Below are positions 47,827 to 55,189 of a stretch of 64,000 bases of DNA, piece after piece. The notes under the pieces are model-generated. The model saw only the letters and a program-made list of their open reading frames with translations. It searched no databases and was not told the DNA's origin. The stretch comes from an uncultured bacterium (lineage in GTDB: Bacteria > UBA8248 > CAZNSX01): contig CAZNSX010000007.1 in assembly GCA_964575845.1 (NCBI GenBank), forward strand, positions 80,772 to 144,771, in the 5' to 3' direction. Both the position numbers and the translations under genes were made by a program. Each line of letters begins with the position of its first letter. Position 1 is the stretch's first letter.

Positions 47827-47860
47827 ATAATGCTGAGCAGCTTCCTCAGCCATCCCACCC
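47827..47860. repeat. module-B-only copy (b2)
   Basis: ataatGCTGAGcagcttcCTCAGCCATCCCACCC. Confidence 0.7.
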
Positions 47861-47920
47861 GTGCCATCTAAACCTCGAAATTCTCTGGAGCCAGAGTACC
47901 GAGAGCATATGTTTTAAACA

Positions 47921-49243
47921 TCATTGCGTGCGAAATTCCTCAAGGATATCTCTAAAGAATGTCCATTTCGTAATATCGGGGAGGTTTCTTAGCTCCGCAT
48001 ACGAATACCAGTTGTCATTGAGTTCCATCGCCGCAAGAGCCTTTTCAGCCTCTTCAAGATATATCTCAGAATTACCAGGGTCAACGATAGGTAATCGTAA
48101 AAGGAGAAGCTCGAGGCCTGCTATGTTTGGCATAATGTCATACACGACACTTCCAATATGCAGGGCTGAAGCAACCTGTTCTTTTTCTAATGGTTCATAT
48201 CCTTGCAAATGGCTCATATCCATCCATCGCTGGACTATTTCAACCGGCTTCTCTGCAAGTGTTTCTTTGGCGGGCCATGAAACAAATGCTCCCGTTGGAT
48301 ATATCCCCCTTTGATGAAGACTACTCAACACCTCTATATTTCTTATTATATCTCCGTAAGAAATTCCTACCCGCTCAAAAGTAAGCCGCCAAAACTCCTT
48401 CCAGAAATCCAGACCCTCTTTAGCAAGTTCTTGATGTTGTCCTAAGAGCTCGAAACGGTCTTTCCCCGCTTTTCGCGCCGCAAGCCAAAACAGGCGCTTT
48501 CTCTCCTTATCGGGCATTTCCTGAATCTCACTTTCGCTTAGACCGTTAGCCCAGTTATATTGTTCTGTGAGAACGCTTCTCTCCATGTCTTTGTAGATAA
48601 GCGAGCAGATTCTTTCCATGTTAAACCAATAAATCCGCGGTATATCCTTCTTCCTTATTATCCCCAGGTCATCTTCCTCTGCAACTTCTAGTAGCTTTCT
48701 TTCTATTTCTTTCGCTTTACTTGAGGGGTCTCGGATAATGGCTTGGAAAATATAAAACATGATGTTTTGGTTAACGACTTGCATTCTTTTCCAATGCTCT
48801 TCATTGAGGTATCTCGCGTCAGTGGGAAATCCTCGTGATTCAAGTAATTCTTTCTCGTAGGGCTTCCACCGGGCATGAACGATAACATTTCGGAGGTACT
48901 TAATTGCCAAGTAGTCATCGATGATTTCATTACTCGCTTTGACCCCTGCTTGCTCAAATGCATCACGCAAGCTTTTAATCTTTTCGCCATTCTTGGCGCC
49001 CTCTTTAAAGTAAATTGTTAAAATATTCAAGCCATGCTGCTCTTTCCATTTTTCTTTCCATTCCTTAAGCGCACTTTCAATGCTGGCGATCATCATTACA
49101 GCAAATATACGGCAATAGGAGGCATTACAGAGGTCTCTAACTGCCGCCTTCAAGGGGTGCGTTAAAGCGGCTAATCTCCCGCTCTGAAGAAAAATAATAT
49201 CATCGGTATAGATCTCAATAGCCTCAGCTCGTGGCATGACCAT
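47921..49243 (-). CDS. uncharacterised 440-aa protein: an N-terminal RNxxxH (HEPN-type) domain and an unknown helical C-terminal region
   Basis: The motif IKYLRNVIVHARW (R-x4-H) lies about 125 aa from the N-terminus, preceded by a helical segment. The remaining approximately 270 aa match nothing I recognise. GGAGGAG lies 6 nt before the ATG at 49243. It is in an AT-richer segment. Confidence 0.6.
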   Translation of the reverse strand: MVMPRAEAIEIYTDDIIFLQSGRLAALTHPLKAAVRDLCNASYCRIFAVMMIASIESALKEWKEKWKEQHGLNILTIYFKEGAKNGEKIKSLRDAFEQAGVKASNEIIDDYLAIKYLRNVIVHARWKPYEKELLESRGFPTDARYLNEEHWKRMQVVNQNIMFYIFQAIIRDPSSKAKEIERKLLEVAEEDDLGIIRKKDIPRIYWFNMERICSLIYKDMERSVLTEQYNWANGLSESEIQEMPDKERKRLFWLAARKAGKDRFELLGQHQELAKEGLDFWKEFWRLTFERVGISYGDIIRNIEVLSSLHQRGIYPTGAFVSWPAKETLAEKPVEIVQRWMDMSHLQGYEPLEKEQVASALHIGSVVYDIMPNIAGLELLLLRLPIVDPGNSEIYLEEAEKALAAMELNDNWYSYAELRNLPDITKWTFFRDILEEFRTQ

Positions 49244-49266
49244 AATATCTCCTCCAACACTCATCA

Positions 49267-49370
49267 GCGTAGGTCACGGCTGCCCTATAGCTAAATATAG
49301 CCGAGTAGGTCACCGCTACGCCGTGACCTACTTATCCCCCATAATGCTGAGCGGCGACCTCAGCCTACCC
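49267..49370. repeat. composite palindromic element, copy c (extra half module A + module A + module B)
   Basis: gcGTAGGTCACGGCtgccctatagctaaatatagccgAGTAGGTCACcgctacgccGTGACCTACTtatcccccataatGCTGAGcggcgacCTCAGCCTACCC. Confidence 0.85.
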
Positions 49371-49516
49371 AAGCACCTATTTAGCATAAAAGAAAAAGAG
49401 CTACAAGAATATTGAATTGTGCGAGAACCACAGGCGAAATCAGTGACTTCCCTGGATTTTTGTTCACATGTCAAGAATTTATCAAGGGCGGGCTGGGCCT
49501 TGGCGAGGCGCTGCTC

Positions 49517-50296
49517 CTACTTCTCCACCTTCTCCAATTCCCTTTCCCGCTTCCCCGTCAGGTCGGCCGCGGCGAAGCCTGGAAGGTGGGGCAGGGCCAT
49601 GCGGAAGTCGGCGATCTCATCCACCTCGATCGTGCCCGATGCGGTCACGAGGTCGAGGACATGGCCGCCGCGGCTGCGGTCCTCTGAGAGGAAGTGGAAG
49701 TGGTAGCCGGGTATGTTGAGCCCTGCGACGTAGGGAGGCGTGCGGAAGCCGATGAGCGTCCCCTTGACGCCCCTGTAATCGAACACCGCCTGCCCTTCGA
49801 CCACTTTTGCCAGAGGTCGGTAGGGCCGGGTTTGGGCGGGGACACTGCGCACCTTCATCGAGCGGAAGAGGCCGTCGATGCGGAAGGCCTGGAAGTGGTT
49901 GGCGTTGGCGACGGCGCCCTCAAGGAGCGCCCGCAGGTCCTTGTAGGAGAGGCCGCCCGGCAGGGGAAGGGTCTTGTCCGCATCGAAGAAGGTGACCACG
50001 GCGAAGGGCGTGGCCATCCCGGGCGCCACCGGGTAGGCCCGTCCGTCCGTCCTCACCTGGTAGAAGGTTCCCTCCAGCATGACGAGCTCGCCGTCCAGGC
50101 GGTTTAAGGTGCCGAGCCCCACATCCCCGTGCCGGGCGAGCTCGGCGAAGGTCATGTCCCCGTCGTAGAGACCGTGCAGGAGGGCGTTGATGGTGGAGTA
50201 CTGGAAGAGGGTGTCGGGACGCTCCCCGGCCAGGGCCCCGAAGGCAAGGGCGAGGACGAGGAGGGCCCCCAGCAGGCATCTAAGAATCGGCTTCAT
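49517..50296 (-). CDS. budA: alpha-acetolactate decarboxylase with a signal peptide
   Basis: TLFQYSTINALLHGLYDGDMTFAELARHGDVGLGTLNRLDGELVMLEGTFYQVRTDG, plus the C-terminal GYHFHFLSEDR..GGHVLD, matches the AlsD/BudA pattern. Confidence 0.9.
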   Translation of the reverse strand: MKPILRCLLGALLVLALAFGALAGERPDTLFQYSTINALLHGLYDGDMTFAELARHGDVGLGTLNRLDGELVMLEGTFYQVRTDGRAYPVAPGMATPFAVVTFFDADKTLPLPGGLSYKDLRALLEGAVANANHFQAFRIDGLFRSMKVRSVPAQTRPYRPLAKVVEGQAVFDYRGVKGTLIGFRTPPYVAGLNIPGYHFHFLSEDRSRGGHVLDLVTASGTIEVDEIADFRMALPHLPGFAAADLTGKRERELEKVEK

Positions 50297-50329
50297 CCGT
50301 GTTCTCCTGACGTCCGGCGGAAACTTGTA

Positions 50330-50389
50330 AAGCCGGGCATAGCTATGGCGTGACCTACATAGACGGTGAGGCGCAGCCTCACCCCACCC
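50330..50389. repeat. composite palindromic element, copy d
   Basis: aagccGGGCATAGCTATGgcGTGACCTACatagacGGTGAGGCgcaGCCTCACCCCACCC. Confidence 0.8.
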
Positions 50390-50420
50390 AACTGATTTTC
50401 CATGGAATTCTCATGAACAC

Positions 50421-51323
50421 CTACTTTCCCTTCATCTTTTCCCATTTCGCCCACCGGGCTTTGGCGGCCGCGGCGGGGAAGTGGACCAAATGGCACTTGA
50501 AACAGCTGTCCATCCCGAATCTCATCCAGATCGCCCCGACCGTCTTAGGAGTAGCGGAAGGGTCATCCAGAGCCCGCCCGAGCTTGTCTAAAAGAACCCT
50601 CGCGTCCTCATCGACGAAGTACTTCCTCTCGGTCTCATGGCAGAAAGCGCAGACCCCCCTCAGCGCCTGGAACCTTGCTTTGAACCTCTGAAGCTGCTTT
50701 TGAGCGTTCTCCCTCTGGCCCTGCTCGAAGTCCAGCAATATTCCCACAATGCTTTCGTCGAGGTGCAGCATCAGTTGGAGATAGACGACCTCCTCATTCG
50801 TCACCGGGTCTTTCACCCTTATCGTGTCGAAATCACGCCAGTGGTACCTTTGTTGAACCGAGGGCATGGTGGCTACGTGACAGTCAAAACAAAGCCCGCC
50901 CAATTTCTCGTGCGCCGCCAACACTTCTCCCTGGGCGCCGCTCTTGAGCGCTCTCCCGAGCTCCTCCACCGGGCCCATCGGATAGTTCTTCTCCCATTCG
51001 GGCACTATTTTGGATATTTCCACATACTGGGCCTTGAACCTCTCGAAATCGGCCCTGGCATTCTTAGTGTCGCCCTCAAGCAGGTCGGCGACAATTCCCA
51101 CAAAGGAAGAGTTCAACTCCAGCATTTTCACGAGATAGACGGGCTGCTCAGCCTTGGGAGGATAGAGCTTGTCCAGAGAGCTCGGAGGCGGAGCGGAGAA
51201 GGCCGCCGGGTTCCAGCTCTCAAGTTTGAAGCCTTCCGTTTTGCGACCCTGGGCATTTGCGAACGGGAGCGCAACGGCCAGAACGGTCAGGATACATATT
51301 AACTGTAAAGCTATTTTTCGCAT
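50421..51323 (-). CDS. secreted trihaem c-type cytochrome
   Basis: A signal peptide and three CxxCH motifs (CFDCH, CAFCH, CFKCH), each at the end of a helical approximately 90-aa segment (cytochrome c'-like arrangement). Confidence 0.7.
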   Translation of the reverse strand: MRKIALQLICILTVLAVALPFANAQGRKTEGFKLESWNPAAFSAPPPSSLDKLYPPKAEQPVYLVKMLELNSSFVGIVADLLEGDTKNARADFERFKAQYVEISKIVPEWEKNYPMGPVEELGRALKSGAQGEVLAAHEKLGGLCFDCHVATMPSVQQRYHWRDFDTIRVKDPVTNEEVVYLQLMLHLDESIVGILLDFEQGQRENAQKQLQRFKARFQALRGVCAFCHETERKYFVDEDARVLLDKLGRALDDPSATPKTVGAIWMRFGMDSCFKCHLVHFPAAAAKARWAKWEKMKGK

Positions 51324-51399
51324 AGTACCTACTCTCCTTTTGAGTTGGAAAAGCGTTTCAGCTGGTTTCTGCCAAGAGAAAAGCTTCGTCTCCCCTCCC

Positions 51400-51516
51400 C
51401 TATTCCGTCTTGAACCTGAAGGCGCCGTATTTCTTCAGGATGCGCTGATAATCCCCCTGGTAGATGCGGTCATATTCTTTGAGCCAGCCGTGGGATTCTT
51501 CTCTCCAGTGAATGCT
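51400..51516 (-). pseudogene. orphan 3' end fragment of a CN-hydrolase paralogue
   Basis: It translates as SIHWREESHGWLKEYDRIYQGDYQRILKKYGAFRFKTE*. The C-terminus of the 52262-53305 gene reads YWREDLEGWLKEYDRIYQGDYARILKKYGGPFRFKTE*. About 110 bp are alignable, and by eye most aligned positions are identical. It starts directly after the hepT stop. Confidence 0.75.
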
Positions 51517-51852
51517 CTACCCCAGCGACCGCAGGATTTCCTGTGCCTTTCCCTTGAGCTTTGGCAGGTCCTCCCCCACCGTTTTCCAGACCTCTTCCAG
51601 GTCAATCCCGAAATACTCATGCACCAACACGTTTCGCATGGCGATGACGGCACCCCAAGGGACCGCCGGATTTTGCTCCCGCAGCCGCCGTGATAATCCC
51701 GAGGCCGCCTCGCCGATGATTTGGAGATGATGAACCATCCAGACCTGGATGAGCTTATCTTTGCGGAAGGCCTCCTTGCCTTTGGTCGCTTGGCTTTCGA
51801 TGTTTGAGATGGCTTCGAGGATATCCAGGAGGCGCTGCCGGTCGTCTCTCAA
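51517..51852 (-). CDS. hepT: HepT-type HEPN toxin (DUF86)
   Basis: LLDILEAISNIE..., IIGEAA and AMRNVLVHEYFGID (R-x4-H) motifs. A TTG start at 51852 overlaps the mnt stop (TTGA). Confidence 0.8.
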   Translation of the reverse strand: MRDDRQRLLDILEAISNIESQATKGKEAFRKDKLIQVWMVHHLQIIGEAASGLSRRLREQNPAVPWGAVIAMRNVLVHEYFGIDLEEVWKTVGEDLPKLKGKAQEILRSLG

Positions 51853-52139
51853 AGGGGAACCGCTTCTCGCATGACGCGCTCCCGGACGCGTGGCCTGAGG
51901 CCTCGGTCGCTCACCAGGTTGACCTTGCACCCCAGGAGGGCTTCCAGTTCCTGTGCGAGCGCCGCATGCGTGAAGAGGCTCATGTCCGGCCCCGGGTCGA
52001 TGAGCAGGTCGATGTCGCTCTCAGAGTCCGCCTCCCCCCGCGCCACCGAGCCAAAGACGCGCACGTTGCGGGCCCCATAACGGTCTATGACCCGCAGGAC
52101 TTCCTCTCGTTTTTGCTTCAGAAGGGTATGGAGCTTCAT
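51849..52139 (-). CDS. mntA: MNT-type nucleotidyltransferase antitoxin
   Basis: VRVFGSVARGEADSESDIDLLID (minimal NTase G-S-x10-D-x-D motif); 96 aa. Confidence 0.85.
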   Translation of the reverse strand: MKLHTLLKQKREEVLRVIDRYGARNVRVFGSVARGEADSESDIDLLIDPGPDMSLFTHAALAQELEALLGCKVNLVSDRGLRPRVRERVMREAVPL

Positions 52140-52212
52140 TGCAATACTTCGGCCTTTAGTTTGAACCAGAGAGGAGGATTGGCTTTCTTGAGCATTATAG
52201 CACTTTCCGAGA

Positions 52213-52241
52213 CAATGCTCAGCCGCGGCCTGAGCCTACCC
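52213..52241. repeat. module-B-only copy (e)
   Basis: caatGCTCAGccgcggcCTGAGCCTACCC. The stem carries a compensated G/C swap relative to copy c. Confidence 0.75.
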
Positions 52242-52261
52242 GAATTAACCTTCCCCCTCCC

Positions 52262-53305
52262 CTACTCCGTTTTGAACCTGAAAGGGCCCCCGTATTTTTT
52301 CAGGATGCGCGCGTAATCCCCCTGATAAATCCGGTCGTACTCTTTGAGCCAGCCCTCAAGGTCCTCGCGCCAGTATAAGTAATCGTAGGAGTAGGGGCTC
52401 CGCTCGGCAAGGCGCTTGTAGATCTCGGGGTAGCGCTCGAAGATCTGGCCGGGGCGGCAGCCGATGGGCTTCCAGTCGGGGTCATCGGGTTTTGAGAGGT
52501 TCTCCTCGTCGTAGTTCCGGGTGCGGAGGTAGCGGAGGCGGTCCATGTCGAGGTCTATGACGAGTATTCCGGGCTCCTCAAGCGTCCCGAGCATTTCCTC
52601 CGGGCCGGCAACGAGCGCGCCAGCGCTCGTAGTTGAGTAGCCGACGCCTTTTATCGAGTAAAGATGCTGGGTGACGATCACGTAGTAGAGGTTTTCAGCG
52701 GCGCGAGAGCGGGCGACGCAGCGCCAGGTGTCCCTCAGTCTGATGCCGGTCCTGCTGTGGGTCCCGTGGACGGGCGAGACGATTATCTCGGCCCCATCGA
52801 GCATGAGGAGCCTGCCGAGCTCCGGTACGAAGAGCTCGCTGCAGATGGAAAGGCCGATGCGGCCGAGCTCCGTCTTGACTACGCAAGACCCCTCGCCCGG
52901 AAGCAGATGCGCCTTTCCGTCATAGAGGTAGGCGTTGAGGGGAGGGGTGTCCGGCTGCTGGCGGCGGTAGTGGGCTACCTCTTTCCCCTCGGGAGAGATG
53001 AGCCTTAAGGTGAGATATTGCGCGCCCGGAATCTCGCTCTCTATCACATCGCCCGCAATTATATGCATCCCGTGCTCTTTCGCCTTCTCCTTGAGCCTCT
53101 CAAGGGGCTTGAAGGGATACTTCGGGTTATCGAGCGGCCCCGTTGCCGGCCCAGGGTAGCCTTCCGGGTAGAGGAGAAGTTCTACACCCTTAGATGCGGC
53201 CTCGTCCGCATAGTTTATTGCGTTCTCTGCGTTCTGCCACTCGGCCTCACCGAAAAAGGATGCCGGCAGCACAGCACCGACTCTTACCTTTGAGGGAGAA
53301 GACAT
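52262..53305 (-). CDS. carbon-nitrogen hydrolase (nitrilase superfamily) protein
   Basis: LLLYPEGYPGP (Glu), a conserved Lys region, and RIGLSICSELFVPE (Cys nucleophile). AAGGAGGA lies upstream of the ATG. Confidence 0.75.
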   Translation of the reverse strand: MSSPSKVRVGAVLPASFFGEAEWQNAENAINYADEAASKGVELLLYPEGYPGPATGPLDNPKYPFKPLERLKEKAKEHGMHIIAGDVIESEIPGAQYLTLRLISPEGKEVAHYRRQQPDTPPLNAYLYDGKAHLLPGEGSCVVKTELGRIGLSICSELFVPELGRLLMLDGAEIIVSPVHGTHSRTGIRLRDTWRCVARSRAAENLYYVIVTQHLYSIKGVGYSTTSAGALVAGPEEMLGTLEEPGILVIDLDMDRLRYLRTRNYDEENLSKPDDPDWKPIGCRPGQIFERYPEIYKRLAERSPYSYDYLYWREDLEGWLKEYDRIYQGDYARILKKYGGPFRFKTE

Positions 53306-53585
53306 CGTTATTCCTCCTTAAGAAATTATATTTAAGTTATTTCTCCAGTTCCTCCCCGAACCCCTTGCCCTCCCCCCCCCGCACTAAGGGATGAGCCCCC
53401 CCGCAGGCTAACTCTAGCGCAAAGGATGAGGTGCTTGCAAGAATAGTGAGGTGGGGGAAGGGACTCCCCTCTCGGGGCCATCGCGGCTACCGCGGCAATG
53501 GCGGGGAATAACTTTTTGACTCAGTCGTGCTCCAGGGGTATTTTCCGGGCATGGTTTTTTCAACTCGCGCCCGAGGAGGGACAGC

Positions 53586-54449
53586 ATGAACAAGAGAAAG
53601 CGCTTCAGGGAGCTCATCATGAGGGAGGAGATCCTGCTCCTTCCTCTGGCCCACGACGCCCTCACGGCAAAGCTCATAGAGAGGGCCGGCTTTGATGCCT
53701 TCGGCATGGGAGGCTTCGCCACCTCCTCAACCCTTTTGGGCAAGCCTGATGTGGGGCTTCTCACCTTCTCCGAGATGGTTGGCTATGCGACGAACCTCGT
53801 CGCGGCGACCACCATCCCCATGCTGGCCGACGCCGATACCGGATATGGAAACGTGACGAATGTCATGCGGACGGTCTCTGAGTATGAGAGGGCCGGAGTG
53901 GCGGGCATAATCCTCGAGGACCAGGTATCACCCAAGCGCTGCGGCCACATGGCGGGAAAGGAGGTCATCCCCTGCGGGGAAATGGTCGGGAAGATAAGGG
54001 CCGCACTCAGGGCCAGGGAGGACCCGGACCTCCTGATCATGGGGCGGACCGATGCCCGCGCCCCCTTAGGGCTCAAGGAGGCCATAGAGCGGGGCCGGGC
54101 CTACGCGGAGGCGGGTGCGGATATGATCTTCATCGACGCTCTGGAAACGGCGGAGGAGATGGCCGAGGCCAATCGCGCGATCCCCGCTCCTACGCTTGCC
54201 AATATGGTCGAGGGAGGGAGAAGCCCCCTTCTTCCGGCAAGAGAGCTCCAGGCGCTGGGGTTTGCGGCGGTTGCCTATGCGATAACGCTCACCCTTTTCA
54301 TCGCAAAGGGGGCGCTCGAACTTCTTTGCCGTCTGAGGGAGAGGGCCTCAAACACGGGGCTCCTCCAGGAGCTCATGCCTTTTGATGACTATAATAAGCT
54401 TGTGGGGCTCCGGGAGATAAGGGAGGTCGAGGGGGAACTCACCGGCTAG
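53586..54449 (+). CDS. isocitrate lyase / PEP mutase family enzyme (methylisocitrate lyase or carboxyvinyl-carboxyphosphonate phosphorylmutase-like)
   Basis: ADADTGYGN, GIILEDQVSPKRCGHMAGKEVIP and RTDA motifs. Confidence 0.8.
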   Translation: MNKRKRFRELIMREEILLLPLAHDALTAKLIERAGFDAFGMGGFATSSTLLGKPDVGLLTFSEMVGYATNLVAATTIPMLADADTGYGNVTNVMRTVSEYERAGVAGIILEDQVSPKRCGHMAGKEVIPCGEMVGKIRAALRAREDPDLLIMGRTDARAPLGLKEAIERGRAYAEAGADMIFIDALETAEEMAEANRAIPAPTLANMVEGGRSPLLPARELQALGFAAVAYAITLTLFIAKGALELLCRLRERASNTGLLQELMPFDDYNKLVGLREIREVEGELTG

Positions 54450-54559
54450 GGCTCACACCTAGGAGGCCGTAGAGGTGGCTGGAACCACCGACCTGCGTCG
54501 CATCCTGGAGGCGGCCCATGAGAGAAGGGCCCTTCATCTCCAGCGTCCATAAGAAGCTC

Positions 54560-54585
54560 GGGCTCCACGCTTTTGCATGGAGCCC
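54560..54585. terminator. perfect 8-bp hairpin between convergent genes
   Basis: GGGCTCCAcgcttttgcaTGGAGCCC. The T-runs are weak on both strands. Confidence 0.35.
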
Positions 54586-54745
54586 GAGGGGAACCCATCG
54601 CCTTGCCCAGCCTCTTAGGGCTCAGGGATTGGGTGACTGGAGTCAGCAGCCGATGGGGCCGACCTTACCCGCCCTCTTGCCAAGGCCTGACGCTTCCCCT
54701 GAGAGGGAGGCGGTAGTGAGACCCTCGGGGCGGCTGCTCCTTAGC

Positions 54746-54862
54746 TCACCTTCTCCTTTTGGCAGAGCCTTTCTTTTTGGCTGGGGCCTTTTTCTTGGCT
54801 GGGGCTTTTTTCTTGGCGGCCTTCTTTTTCGCGGCTTTCGCTTTCATCGCGGGTGAGGTCAT
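54746..54862 (-). CDS. 38-aa lysine/alanine-rich basic peptide (histone-H1-tail-like AKKK repeats)
   Basis: My own translation is MTSPAMKAKAAKKKAAKKKAPAKKKAPAKKKGSAKRRR*. GGAGGG lies 7 nt upstream of the ATG. It falls below the ORF-track size cutoff. Confidence 0.4.
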   Translation of the reverse strand: MTSPAMKAKAAKKKAAKKKAPAKKKAPAKKKGSAKRRR

Positions 54863-55189
54863 CAACTACCCTCCTCTTCCGGACGGGACAACAATAAATT
54901 TGCGTCAGGCCCCACTCACATTCGACCCCGATGGGTCGATATCAAGCCGCTTAAGGAGCTCAAGACGAGAAGAAATTGCCCTCATCATCTTGAGCGTAGC
55001 AATTTTTAACATATTAGATTCAGAACTGTCAAGAAAATTTTTCGCTTTTTTAAGAAACCGGACCTGAAAATTTTGCAAGAAACTTTTTCAAATGAAAATT
55101 AAGGCGCAGGGAAATTATTTCCCCCATAATAGGGTTTTTATACTCTGAAATCTCGTCTCTTGAGAGCAGCCCTCAAGGAGGAAAGCTAT

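Noticed and set aside
46724-53305. The palindromic repeats read as a CRISPR array
   Set aside because: The repeats are imperfect and of variable length (29-104 bp). They are separated by whole genes (0.3-1.4 kb) and not by 25-50 bp spacers. No cas genes are present.
46400-53600. A complete integron or a mobile element (transposon or prophage) explaining the cassette region
   Set aside because: No integrase, transposase, recombinase or phage structural gene is present in or next to the region. No long terminal inverted or direct repeats bound it. The canonical attC core sequences are absent. I therefore report it only as an attC/REP-like cassette array and not as a defined mobile element.
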